A program made the translations under genes and the position numbers. The notes below the pieces were generated by a model, which did no database searches, was not told where the DNA came from, and was given only the letters and a program-made list of their open reading frames with translations. A stretch of DNA of 64,000 bases from a virus: positions 3,221-67,220 of the IMG/VR virus record IMGVR_UViG_3300021139_001382. One strand, 5' to 3'. Position 1 is the stretch's first letter. Each line of letters starts with the position of its first letter. Below are positions 31,431 through 41,635 of this stretch, piece after piece.

Positions 31431-32230
31431 GTCGAGGCGTTTTACTTTTTGCGTTTAACAACCCTAAATTTAATTACTACGAGATGGCAGTAGCAACTGC
31501 CAGGCGTGCTAATCACTTTCTGGGACTACCTGTTACTATTGTCACTGATGAAAGTTCGGTGCCGAACGACTGCGACTATACTTTTGACAAGACGATCCTC
31601 ATTGACCCTGACAAGAATAATATCAGAGATTACAACGTTTGGATCAACAAAGGCCGATATCAGGCGTATGTTCTTAGCCCATATGATGAAACTATTTTGC
31701 TCGACACGGACTACATGATCAACTCAGACACTCTACTAAAGACGTTTGATATCTATGATGATTTTTGCTGTCACGACACTACATCTTTTCTAATGCACCC
31801 GGGAGTGCCGCAGGAAGTTCTGAGTGCGTATAGCTTTAAGACAATGTGGGCAACTGTAGTTACTTTTAGAAAAACAGAACGTGCCAGACAGATTTTCGAA
31901 TGTCTGAAAATGGTTCAGGACAACTACGATCACTACGCAAATATTCACAGCTTTGTCGGTGGAGTGTACCGTAACGACTACGCACTTACTCTGGCGCTGC
32001 GAATTGTGAACGGGCATACAGATAACAAACAAGATATTATTCCATGGAACCTTGTCCACGTAGGTAAAAACACATCCGTACATCGCAACGCCGAGGAAGA
32101 ATTCAACACAGAATTCACTGTGATTTACGATAGTTGGAAGCGCGGTAAGATTAAGAAAGAGTATATTACTCTGACCGGTACTGACTTCCACACTATGAAT
32201 AAGGCAAATTTTATGGAGTTAATCAAATGA
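31427..32230 (+). CDS. GT-A fold glycosyltransferase-like protein (GT8/GT71-like)
   Basis: ATGA overlap start (MSRGVLLFAFNN). SPYDETILLDTD gives a DxD motif, and YRNDYAL is present. Confidence 0.7.
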   Translation: MSRGVLLFAFNNPKFNYYEMAVATARRANHFLGLPVTIVTDESSVPNDCDYTFDKTILIDPDKNNIRDYNVWINKGRYQAYVLSPYDETILLDTDYMINSDTLLKTFDIYDDFCCHDTTSFLMHPGVPQEVLSAYSFKTMWATVVTFRKTERARQIFECLKMVQDNYDHYANIHSFVGGVYRNDYALTLALRIVNGHTDNKQDIIPWNLVHVGKNTSVHRNAEEEFNTEFTVIYDSWKRGKIKKEYITLTGTDFHTMNKANFMELIK

Positions 32231-33024
32231 CCAGAGGATTTGTAATCGTTGCTGAGAATAATGCGACAACTGACTATGTGAAATGTGCTGAGGTTCTGGC
32301 CCGATCAATGAAAAAAGTGATGCCAATGTGTTCAATCACTCTGTTGACTGACAACCGGACTCCGGTACGAGCAGATGACTTTGACAATATATTGTCTATG
32401 ACTTCACAGCAAGATTCAGGTGAGTACAAGATTTTAAATGACGTTCAAGTATATGCCATGTCTCCGTATGATGAGACAATCAAACTAGAGGCAGACATGA
32501 TCTTGCCCCGTTCAATTGAACATTGGTGGGACGTTCTTGGACAACAAGATGTTGTAATCTCAACTACTATCAGAAACTTCAAAGGCGAGATATCTGATTG
32601 TAGAGTGTATCGTCGTTTTATTGATGAAAACGCACTGCCTGATGTTTACAACGCAATCACGTATTTTAAGAAGTCAGAGTCAGCCGAGCAGTTCTTTGAG
32701 ATTGTCAAAGACGTTGCTGAAAATTGGGCTGAATATAAAGCAACATTGAAGTGTAATCCGCAAGAAGAGGTGTCAACTGACTGGGCATATTCTATTGCCA
32801 GCCACATCGTGGGAATAGAAAAGACAACGATGCCGACGTTTACTGAAATGAGCATGGCTCATATGAAACAATTCGTGAATGGTCTGCCGTCGGATGACTG
32901 GACTCATACGCTTGTGTATGAGTTGCTTCCCGATGTAATAAGAGTGAATACTTATACACAGAACTATCCGTTTCACTATCATTCTAAGGCCTTTTCTGCT
33001 AAAATAGAAAGTATATATGTCTGA
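32227..33024 (+). CDS. GT-A fold glycosyltransferase-like protein, paralog of 31427..32230
   Basis: MTRGFVIVA and SPYDETIKLEAD (ExD variant) give the same layout as the upstream gene. Confidence 0.65.
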   Translation: MTRGFVIVAENNATTDYVKCAEVLARSMKKVMPMCSITLLTDNRTPVRADDFDNILSMTSQQDSGEYKILNDVQVYAMSPYDETIKLEADMILPRSIEHWWDVLGQQDVVISTTIRNFKGEISDCRVYRRFIDENALPDVYNAITYFKKSESAEQFFEIVKDVAENWAEYKATLKCNPQEEVSTDWAYSIASHIVGIEKTTMPTFTEMSMAHMKQFVNGLPSDDWTHTLVYELLPDVIRVNTYTQNYPFHYHSKAFSAKIESIYV

Positions 33025-33355
33025 AACTGAAACGATGGTTGTGTGGGAAGCACCGGTGATTGTAAAACCTGAATTTAGGTTATACTACAACGAAGCGGGC
33101 CGAGTGGAGTGCTATACCTGTGAAAAACTTGAAGGTAAGTATATTGTAGTGGACGCAGTGACATTCGCACAGAGCCGGCCTGATTTACGGGTCGTTGACG
33201 GAAAACTATCTACCGTGAGTACCGGATCAGTGGTATCCAAGCTGACTAAGAGCGACACCGGAGCACGATGCGCCGCAGAAGATATCAGCATCCTAGTTGG
33301 TGAAGATTACGCCGGCGCCATAACAAATTGGGAATTATTAACGTATGAACTCTGA
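33017..33355 (+). CDS. Hypothetical protein
   Basis: Translationally coupled to both neighbours; no recognised motif. Confidence 0.6.
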   Translation: MSETETMVVWEAPVIVKPEFRLYYNEAGRVECYTCEKLEGKYIVVDAVTFAQSRPDLRVVDGKLSTVSTGSVVSKLTKSDTGARCAAEDISILVGEDYAGAITNWELLTYEL

Positions 33356-34301
33356 AGATATTGTAGATGTAGCTGACTTGGATGTTATCTATCTGTCGTA
33401 TGATGAACCGCAGAAGGAAGAATTCTGGTTGAAGATCAAGAACATGGTGCCCTGGGCAAAGCGTGTTGATAGCGTTAAGGGCAGCGATGCCGCACACAAG
33501 GCCGCTGGCGAAGCATCCGACACTGAACGATTCATCCTGATCGACGGTGACAACATGCCTGAAGAGAAGTTTTTCAACATTCAACTTGACTTCACTGACA
33601 AAGATCCCAACTTCAAGTTAGCGCAGTATCGTTGGAAAGCAATCAATAACATCAATGGTCTTCGCTACGGCAACGGCGGCATGTCATCATGGACAAAGAC
33701 TTATGTGGCCCAGATGCAAACACATGAAGCACAGACTGAAGGTGATGTGTCGCGCATTGCTGACTTCTGCTTGGACAGTAAAGACAATCTGTATTGGGCA
33801 ATGTACGACTGCTATTCAACCACATATCCGAACGCAACCCCGTTTCAAGCCTGGCGTGCAGGATTCCGCGAAGGGGTGAAGATGTGCCTCAGCCGCGGTA
33901 ATGTACCTTCAGTTGACGAATTTAAAGAGTCAGTTGCCAGTCGCAATCTAAACAATCTGACAATCTGGCACAATGTTGGTATGGATGTAGAGAATGGCGC
34001 CTGGGCAATTTACGGTGCCCGAATGGGAACATACTATACGCTTCTTGTTGACGAATGGAATGCACACGATGTCCAGTGGTTTGATAACTATCCTATCATG
34101 TGGGAAACAATTAAAAACCTTGATCCTATTACCGAAGGTGAAGGCATCGGGATGCATCTGGCAGCAAAACTAGGTCTGCCTATCTGCACACTGAGCGCAG
34201 AACAAAGTCGATTCTTCAAACGACATTATACCGCTGATAAGTATAATATGGGTCCTCTTGTAAAAGAAATGGATGTGATCCGCAAACTTGAAGGTTGGTA
34301 A
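33345..34301 (+). CDS. GT-A (GT2-like) glycosyltransferase-like protein
   Basis: DVIYLSYDEP...AHKAAGEASDTERFILIDGDN has a DxD after a hydrophobic strand. YGNGG and PFQAWRAGFREGVKM are also present. Confidence 0.65.
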   Translation: MNSEDIVDVADLDVIYLSYDEPQKEEFWLKIKNMVPWAKRVDSVKGSDAAHKAAGEASDTERFILIDGDNMPEEKFFNIQLDFTDKDPNFKLAQYRWKAINNINGLRYGNGGMSSWTKTYVAQMQTHEAQTEGDVSRIADFCLDSKDNLYWAMYDCYSTTYPNATPFQAWRAGFREGVKMCLSRGNVPSVDEFKESVASRNLNNLTIWHNVGMDVENGAWAIYGARMGTYYTLLVDEWNAHDVQWFDNYPIMWETIKNLDPITEGEGIGMHLAAKLGLPICTLSAEQSRFFKRHYTADKYNMGPLVKEMDVIRKLEGW

Positions 34302-35707
34302 TGACAGATAGCTCCGAACAAAAAAGAATTAAAGAGATACGAATCAGAGTAGATAACGAGAGTTCCCCTACGTTTTGTTTGGCAAAGTGGCACCATGTAA
34401 CCATGTACCTACAATCAGGTGAAACTCATAGTTGTTATCATCCACGCCCGCATAAGATTCCGCTAGCGGAGCTAAAGGATAATCCTAGTGCGCTTCATAA
34501 TACCAACGAAAAGAAGCAAGAGCGTAAGCTGATGCTTGAGGGCGGGAAGCCCGTTGGCTGCACATACTGTTGGAATATCGAATCAATGGGTTCGGAGTAT
34601 GTCAGCGACAGATATATTCGCAACTCCTCGATCTTTACTGAAGAACGGTTCAAAGAAACTGCTAAAGCAGCATGGGACACAAACATCAATCCAGAGTATC
34701 TTGAAATCAATTTCGGTAATGAGTGTAACTTCAAGTGTGGTTACTGTCATCCTAAGTATTCTACCAGATTCTATAATGAGATTAAAGAGTTTGGTCCGGT
34801 CACATCAGTAGTCAATCATCGTTGTGACATTGATTGGATGACTCTGTATCAGCGCGAAGAGGAAAACCCGTACGTTGATGCATTCTGGAAATGGTGGCCT
34901 GAGTTACGCAAGACATTGAATATCATGCGTATCACCGGCGGTGAGCCGTTGATGCACCGTAGTACATGGCAAGTTCTTGATGCGCTTGACGAAGATCCGT
35001 TACCTGAACTAGAACTTAATGTGAACAGTAATCTCGGCATTAAACATTCACTTGTTGAACGACTGACCGAGAAAGTATCCAGGCTGATAGAAGGGGAGAA
35101 GATTGGCAAGTTCAAACTATTTACGAGTATGGACACCTGGGGGCCTCGCGCAGAATATATCAGGACTGGGTTAGACCTTACGGTATGGGAAAAGAACTTC
35201 CACACTTATCTTACTCAGACAAACAGTCCAATTACATTTATGATGACGTTCAATCTATTGTCAGTGACCACATTCAAAACTCTTCTGGAGAAGATTTTAG
35301 AGTGGCGAAAGATTTACGACTGGTATGATGATCCGGTCAACCCACAGCATCGTGTCAGATTCGACACCCCTTATCTGCGTGATCCTATTCAATATGACAT
35401 GAATATTCTACCTAAAGCAGATTTTATGCCGTATATGTATGAGTCGTTGAAGTTTATGGCAGATAATGTCGATGACAAAGCAAGCGATAAGTTCTCCAGT
35501 GTAGAATATGACAAGTTTAAAAGAGTTGTTGACTATATGGAGATAACCGTGTATACTGATGAAAAGCTTATAGAAGGTCGCAGAGACTTCTATAACTGGT
35601 TCAATGAACTAGATGAACGCAGGGATACTGACATGCTATCAGTGTTTCCTGAATTGTTGCCGTTTTATCGTCTCTGCCAAGAAATCAACCTGACCCATCC
35701 AAAATGA
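34301..35707 (+). CDS. Radical SAM protein with an N-terminal twitch/SPASM-like Cys domain
   Basis: CNFKCGYC (CxxxCxxC) and TGGEP. N-terminal FCLAKW...SCYH...CTYC. The ATG at 34301 overlaps the upstream TAA. Confidence 0.9.
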   Translation: MTDSSEQKRIKEIRIRVDNESSPTFCLAKWHHVTMYLQSGETHSCYHPRPHKIPLAELKDNPSALHNTNEKKQERKLMLEGGKPVGCTYCWNIESMGSEYVSDRYIRNSSIFTEERFKETAKAAWDTNINPEYLEINFGNECNFKCGYCHPKYSTRFYNEIKEFGPVTSVVNHRCDIDWMTLYQREEENPYVDAFWKWWPELRKTLNIMRITGGEPLMHRSTWQVLDALDEDPLPELELNVNSNLGIKHSLVERLTEKVSRLIEGEKIGKFKLFTSMDTWGPRAEYIRTGLDLTVWEKNFHTYLTQTNSPITFMMTFNLLSVTTFKTLLEKILEWRKIYDWYDDPVNPQHRVRFDTPYLRDPIQYDMNILPKADFMPYMYESLKFMADNVDDKASDKFSSVEYDKFKRVVDYMEITVYTDEKLIEGRRDFYNWFNELDERRDTDMLSVFPELLPFYRLCQEINLTHPK

Positions 35708-36963
35708 ACACTGATAAAGATTACCTACTTAATCAAAGCAAATCATTTTGTATCCTTCCCTGGATACATCTTTACACCGACCCTAAAGGGCATCCTTCGC
35801 CTTGCTGTGTTTCAACATTCGCGTCCGATCAGACTATTACGGTAAATTCCAGAACCCACTCAATGATGGAAATAATGAATGCAGCCCACATGAAACAATT
35901 GCGGGTTGATATGTTGTCAGATGGTTTACCTCCTACATGTAGAAGATGTCATCAGGATGATAGCAGAGGTGCTCAATCGACAAGAACCTCAATGAATTCG
36001 GAATATGCAAATCGGTTAGATTTGTCGTCAACTAAACCCGACGGCGAAATATCTAATTTCAAAATGCACTACTTTGATATCAGGTTCAATAATATCTGCA
36101 ACTTTAAATGTAGGTCTTGTGGCAGCGGATTTAGTAGCATGTGGGAACAAGAAGATCAGAAATATTTTAAATCAGCTAACAGACCCTTGCTGCCGAAGAA
36201 TAACAATAAACAATTTTTGCAGGAAGTAATCGAGCAGATTGTTAATATAGATGATGCATACTTCGCCGGCGGCGAGCCACTGATCACCGAAGAACATTAT
36301 ATCCTCTTAGAGGAAATGATTAAACAAGGTCGCACCGATATCGTATTGAGATATAATACCAATCTCAGCAACCTAACATTCAAAGACAAGGATTTGTTGG
36401 GACTGTGGAAGAACTTTAAGCGTAAAATACAAGTTTATGCCAGCATTGATCACTATGGTGACCGGGCGGAGTATATTCGTCATGGAACTGACTGGGCCAA
36501 TGTTGAAAATAACTTTTCAATGGTTAAGAAAACTCCCTATGTCAATCTACAAACAAATACTGTGTTAAGCCTGTATAACGCCACTACCATATTAGAATTT
36601 TATCAATACATGTATGATAAAAATCTATTCCATAAAGATGATTTTTCTAACACTATGTATCCATTAGCAGGTCCTGTTCAATTTAATTTAAATATTTTGC
36701 CTATGCATTATAAGAATATAGCAAAATCAAAAATGGAACAACTCGTAGAATATACAGAGAAAATCGGCGCTGATTGTGTAATACCGGGCCGCACTTCTGA
36801 TAAAGTTAAGCAACTAACTGATACTCTTTCTTTCTACTCGCCAACGAGCACCTGGGAGCAACATAAAGAATTATTTAAGAGCGAAACATTACGAGTCGAT
36901 GGTATACGCGGAGAAAGTTTTGCGAAGACTTTTCCGGAACTAGCAGGGTTATTAGATGAATAA
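35704..36963 (+). CDS. Radical SAM protein with an N-terminal twitch-like domain
   Basis: CNFKCRSC and AGGEP. N-terminal FCILPW...PCC...CRRC. Confidence 0.9.
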   Translation: MNTDKDYLLNQSKSFCILPWIHLYTDPKGHPSPCCVSTFASDQTITVNSRTHSMMEIMNAAHMKQLRVDMLSDGLPPTCRRCHQDDSRGAQSTRTSMNSEYANRLDLSSTKPDGEISNFKMHYFDIRFNNICNFKCRSCGSGFSSMWEQEDQKYFKSANRPLLPKNNNKQFLQEVIEQIVNIDDAYFAGGEPLITEEHYILLEEMIKQGRTDIVLRYNTNLSNLTFKDKDLLGLWKNFKRKIQVYASIDHYGDRAEYIRHGTDWANVENNFSMVKKTPYVNLQTNTVLSLYNATTILEFYQYMYDKNLFHKDDFSNTMYPLAGPVQFNLNILPMHYKNIAKSKMEQLVEYTEKIGADCVIPGRTSDKVKQLTDTLSFYSPTSTWEQHKELFKSETLRVDGIRGESFAKTFPELAGLLDE

Positions 36964-38182
36964 AGAGTTTTTACTCAAAGAGAGTAAAGTGTTTTGTATG
37001 TTTCCGTGGGTCCACTTAAATGTAACCCCTAAAGGGGATATCTACCCGTGCTGTTCTAATAATTACACTGCACCGTTCGGGTCCACCAAGACAACTACTC
37101 TTAAAGAGGCATTCAACAATGCACAGATGAAGGAGTTGCGATTAGATATGCTCCAGAACAAGCCTAGCAAGATATGTGAATTTTGTTATAAGCACGAAGA
37201 GGCAAGCCCGTTTAGTTTTCGCACATATTCTATCGAACAGTTCGCCAACAGATTTGATGAGGTGGTTCCGACGACACAGGAAGACGGAACTGTTGACGAA
37301 TTCAAGATGAACTATTTTGATATCCGATTCAGTAATATTTGTAATTTCAAGTGCAGGACATGCGGATCAGAGTTTAGTAGTCAATGGGGTGCTGAGATGA
37401 ACAGACACCATGATAAGACTCATCCTATAGTCATCCATGCTGACGATCATAAGGGCGGATTGCTACAAGAAGTTCTGGAGCAGATTCCGAATATTGATCT
37501 GGCATACTTCGCCGGCGGCGAACCACTGATTACTGACGAACACTACACTATTCTGGAAGAAATGATTAGGCTAGGTCGTACTGATATTACTCTGCGATAC
37601 AACACAAATGCAAGTTCTATCAAGTATAAACACCATGACATTCTATCTCTCTGGAAACACTTCAAGAAAGTAGAACTTAGTTGCAGCGTTGACCACTACG
37701 GCGAACGGGCAGAATGGTTGCGTAAGGGAACTGACTGGGGAGTTATAGAAAGTAACTTGCTGGCGTTCAGAAAACTCGACTATGTATCGTTTCAGATGAA
37801 CACCGTATTCAGTCTTTTTAACTACATGACTATCGGCGAGTTCTATGAATATCTTATGAGTAAAAACATAGTGCGCGCCGGCGACTGGTATCACTCGCTG
37901 TATCTAGCAGTTAATCCAAGTTACTATAGTGCTAAGAGTTTGCCCAAAGAACTTAAAGTAATTGCCAGAGAAAAGGCTAGTCAGTTTTGTGATAAGCATG
38001 CCGGTTTATATGCCGGTGTCACACGATTAGTTGGAGATGCTAACAACTTTGCCGCACCGGACACCTGGGCAGAAAACAAAGAAGTGTTTATGATGCATAC
38101 GAATTCGATTGACAAGATCCGAGACGAAAGTATATGGAAGACCTTTCCTGAATTAAATAAGTTACAGGATGCAACAGAATGA
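36956..38182 (+). CDS. Radical SAM protein with an N-terminal twitch-like domain
   Basis: CNFKCRTC and AGGEP. N-terminal FCMFPW...PCC...CEFC. Confidence 0.9.
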   Translation: MNKEFLLKESKVFCMFPWVHLNVTPKGDIYPCCSNNYTAPFGSTKTTTLKEAFNNAQMKELRLDMLQNKPSKICEFCYKHEEASPFSFRTYSIEQFANRFDEVVPTTQEDGTVDEFKMNYFDIRFSNICNFKCRTCGSEFSSQWGAEMNRHHDKTHPIVIHADDHKGGLLQEVLEQIPNIDLAYFAGGEPLITDEHYTILEEMIRLGRTDITLRYNTNASSIKYKHHDILSLWKHFKKVELSCSVDHYGERAEWLRKGTDWGVIESNLLAFRKLDYVSFQMNTVFSLFNYMTIGEFYEYLMSKNIVRAGDWYHSLYLAVNPSYYSAKSLPKELKVIAREKASQFCDKHAGLYAGVTRLVGDANNFAAPDTWAENKEVFMMHTNSIDKIRDESIWKTFPELNKLQDATE

Positions 38183-39477
38183 CAGATGTAAATGTAAAAG
38201 AACTAGTGACTAGCGGAAAGCATTTTTGTGTGCTTCCCTGGATCCATTTTCATGCATGGCCCGATAGTAACGTGATGCCATGCTGTGTAGCCAATAGCTC
38301 AATGCCAGTGAGTAAAGTGAAGCCGGACGAGTCGATAATTCAGATGATGAATAGTGATGCGTATAAACGGCTTCGTAAGTCAATGCTTAACGACGAATAT
38401 GTTGTTGAATGCCGTCGTTGTTACGAACTTGAAGAAGCTGGTGTTTGGACTATGCGTAAAAGTCATAACAAGCGCCGCGGACTTGAGTATGCAGACATGA
38501 TACAAACTACTACTAAAGATGACGGGAGTATTACTGACTTCACTATGAAGTATATGGACATCAGGTTTAGTAATCTGTGTAACATGAAATGTCGCTCATG
38601 TGGTCCCGGATGTAGTAGCCTGTGGGCACAAGAGATTATTGATAACCATGGCATGGAGCATTACACTAAGCACTTTAAATCAACTAAAATGGTTGTGACA
38701 AACAATGAAGATATGAGTTTCATGGCAAAGTTGAAACCGTATCTAAAGGATGTAGTTGAGGTTTACTTTGCCGGCGGTGAAATCCTTATTACTCCTGAAC
38801 ACTATGAATGTCTTGATTACTGGATTGAAAACGGGTTGAATGAGCAGATTGAGTTGACATACACAACTAACATGGGTTCATTGAAGTTTAAAGACAAGGA
38901 TCTTATCAACTATTGGAAGAAGTTCCCTAAATTAAAAATCTGGGCATCTTTAGACGCCAGTGGCGAGGTAGCCGAAATGATGCGTAAGGGCACTGACTGG
39001 CCTCGTATTGTCAGAAACATCAACAAACTGAAAGAAGCGGTACCGCATGCAGAGTTTCAGATCACTCCTACAATTAGTATTTGGAATGTTTTTTCGTTCT
39101 GTGATTTTTTTGATATGCTAATCGATGACGACCTTATCGACCGTAATACTGTGCCCAGATTCAACACTGCGTCACACCCGTGGTATGCAAACATAATGAT
39201 TCTTCCTGATTTTGTGAAAGAAAAACTGATTGATCGTTATAGGGTGTCCCTGGAGAAGTATTCATACAATGAAGAACTTGCGAACGGGTTCCGAGTCATT
39301 ATTAAAACTCTTAAAAATGGGTCAGCCGCATGGTCCGGTCTGGCTAGCAATGAGAACAAGGGCGGCATACTAGAGTTTAAGCAGTTCAATGAGAACCTAG
39401 ACAAGTTCCGCGGTGAGACACTCACTGATGTGGTGCCAGAGCTTCAGGAGGTCTACGCATGGGCAGCAGAAAAATAA
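38179..39477 (+). CDS. Radical SAM protein with an N-terminal twitch-like domain
   Basis: CNMKCRSC and AGGE. N-terminal FCVLPW...PCC...CRRC. Confidence 0.9.
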   Translation: MTDVNVKELVTSGKHFCVLPWIHFHAWPDSNVMPCCVANSSMPVSKVKPDESIIQMMNSDAYKRLRKSMLNDEYVVECRRCYELEEAGVWTMRKSHNKRRGLEYADMIQTTTKDDGSITDFTMKYMDIRFSNLCNMKCRSCGPGCSSLWAQEIIDNHGMEHYTKHFKSTKMVVTNNEDMSFMAKLKPYLKDVVEVYFAGGEILITPEHYECLDYWIENGLNEQIELTYTTNMGSLKFKDKDLINYWKKFPKLKIWASLDASGEVAEMMRKGTDWPRIVRNINKLKEAVPHAEFQITPTISIWNVFSFCDFFDMLIDDDLIDRNTVPRFNTASHPWYANIMILPDFVKEKLIDRYRVSLEKYSYNEELANGFRVIIKTLKNGSAAWSGLASNENKGGILEFKQFNENLDKFRGETLTDVVPELQEVYAWAAEK

Positions 39478-40421
39478 TAGCAATCGACGCACCAGATAAG
39501 TATCTGGCAGTTACCTGGCAAGTCAACAACTTCTGCAATTTCAAATGTAGTTATTGTAATCCAGGTAACTGGGGTGGCGAGAATGTTAACGACGGCAATC
39601 TTGATATCTATCTGGATAATCTTGCCACTATCATTCAACGATACAAAGACATGGGGTATAAAGAGTTCAAGTTCTTCTTCAGTGGTGGCGAACCAACTGC
39701 TTGGCGCAACTTCATTCCTATCTGTGAATGGTTAAAGAACGAGTTACCTCACTGCACTCTTGCAGTTAACACGAATCTTTCCAGACCGTTAGCCTGGTGG
39801 ACAAAGCACCATCATCTGTTTGATGATGTTGTTGCCAGCTTCCATGCAGAGTTTTCAGACAAAGCAAAGTATGAAGTTAACAGCATCTATCTTTGTGACA
39901 AAGTAAACTATCTGGCAACCAAAATGTTGCTCCATGAAGAACGCTTCTGGGAAGTAGTCGAATACGGTAATCATCTCAAAACAGTGATGCCTAACTACGT
40001 GTTAGAATGGACTCCGTTGTTTGATGAAATGAGCACCAACGCCGGGCCCTGGCACTACAAAGATCCGGATAAAGCAGAGTTTATTAACACACATAATTTG
40101 GAGATGCAGTTCACGTTGCCGAAACCGTTCAATGAGAGCAAGTGCTTGAGTTACAATAAGTATGATGACGGCACATTAGTCCCTACTAATAGCAATGATG
40201 TTATCATCAACGGAGAAAACTTCTTCAGCGGATGGAGATGCAATGTAGGTGATGCTCTGTTTATTAACCCGGTCGGCGTTGTAAGTCTGGCCAGCTGCGG
40301 TCAAGGCGGCATCGTTGGTCATATACTGACCGACATTGCCCGAGTCGGACCTAAACAGATTACTTGCCGCAAAGAGTATTGTCATTGCGGCACTGATATT
40401 ATTATTCCCAAAGTTCTATGA
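39459..40421 (+). CDS. Radical SAM protein with a C-terminal Cys-rich (twitch-like) domain
   Basis: CNFKCSYC and SGGEP. C-terminal WRCNVG...SCG...CRKEYCHC. Confidence 0.9.
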   Translation: MGSRKIIAIDAPDKYLAVTWQVNNFCNFKCSYCNPGNWGGENVNDGNLDIYLDNLATIIQRYKDMGYKEFKFFFSGGEPTAWRNFIPICEWLKNELPHCTLAVNTNLSRPLAWWTKHHHLFDDVVASFHAEFSDKAKYEVNSIYLCDKVNYLATKMLLHEERFWEVVEYGNHLKTVMPNYVLEWTPLFDEMSTNAGPWHYKDPDKAEFINTHNLEMQFTLPKPFNESKCLSYNKYDDGTLVPTNSNDVIINGENFFSGWRCNVGDALFINPVGVVSLASCGQGGIVGHILTDIARVGPKQITCRKEYCHCGTDIIIPKVL

Positions 40422-41635
40422 TATTAAATAGGAACTGTTTCTTTCAAATTCGGTCATGCGGTGAGCCAATGGACGATCCATATTGGACACCTCCCACTTT
40501 TAGTGTTTGTGATGATACAATCTTGTTTAAGATTCGTGATTACTCAGATGATGATTACTGGATGTTCGATATTTACCATGGCGACAGTTTTGATGTATGG
40601 CCGTTAGACACCCTAATTCCACCTAATATACTGTCTAGGATTAAAAGCAAAAGTATAAAGCTATTATTAATAAACTCGCATGAGTCTTACCAAAGCGTTG
40701 TTAATGGAATTTATAAAGATTGTATTAAATATGATATTCCTGTTGAACAGGTAATTTTACTTAGCGAATCATATGATATTTTAAATGAAGTCCGAGCAAT
40801 CAGTAAAAAATATAATATGGGGGAAATTAAAGTAGAATGGATGTTAGAGTTCGAATATAATGCTATGAATCAGAAACAAAATATTATCCGGAGTAAAAAG
40901 GATGACCTTATTACGTTGGTAGACAAATTTTACGAGAAAAAATATCTTAGTTTTAATCGGAATCTAGTATCCAGAGTCCATCGAACCAGTATTATCTCAC
41001 TACTTTGTATAAGAAACTTATTAGACCGCGGGTATGTAAGTGCTGGTTTTGACAAATGGCAGCCGGACTGGACCGAATTATTACCCGGAGTTCGGGAGCT
41101 ATTCAAAAACGACGAGGCAACGACACAATTATTAGCAGACAATGAACAACGTATATTAAACATTGGAAAACTTTCTCTGGATTCTACCACTGAGAAAGAT
41201 CATGCATGGCTTACTACGGACACTGATTATCTTTACCGTGATACCTATTTCTCTGTGGTGACTGAAACAAACGGATTCCAATGGATCCCTGAGGCCTCGC
41301 CGTGGGGCGGGGTTACTGGATGCGGTCGTCTTGTGAGTGAAAAAACCTTTAAACCCGTGGCCCATAAGCATCCTTTTATCTTAGTAGGAATACCCAATTC
41401 TTTAGACTTACTGCGGCAACTAGGATATAAAACATTTAGTCCATGGATAAATGAGAGTTATGACATTGAACCTGATTCTGCTAAACGAATTCTTATGGTT
41501 GTCGATGAAATAGAACGACTCTCTAATCTTAGTCCAGACCAACTTACTGATTTTCTTAATGGAGTAAGAGAAATATGTGAATACAATTATAAAAATTTGA
41601 TGGATAAGAAAATATGGACATACAAACTAAATTAA
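40418..41635 (+). CDS. Putative glycosyltransferase, GT10-like (GT-B) C-terminal domain
   Basis: YFSVVTET...VSEKTFKPVAHKHPFILVG...LRQLGYKTFSPWINESYD resembles the GT10 donor-binding motif (F...EN...Y.TEK...P). Confidence 0.55.
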   Translation: MILNRNCFFQIRSCGEPMDDPYWTPPTFSVCDDTILFKIRDYSDDDYWMFDIYHGDSFDVWPLDTLIPPNILSRIKSKSIKLLLINSHESYQSVVNGIYKDCIKYDIPVEQVILLSESYDILNEVRAISKKYNMGEIKVEWMLEFEYNAMNQKQNIIRSKKDDLITLVDKFYEKKYLSFNRNLVSRVHRTSIISLLCIRNLLDRGYVSAGFDKWQPDWTELLPGVRELFKNDEATTQLLADNEQRILNIGKLSLDSTTEKDHAWLTTDTDYLYRDTYFSVVTETNGFQWIPEASPWGGVTGCGRLVSEKTFKPVAHKHPFILVGIPNSLDLLRQLGYKTFSPWINESYDIEPDSAKRILMVVDEIERLSNLSPDQLTDFLNGVREICEYNYKNLMDKKIWTYKLN

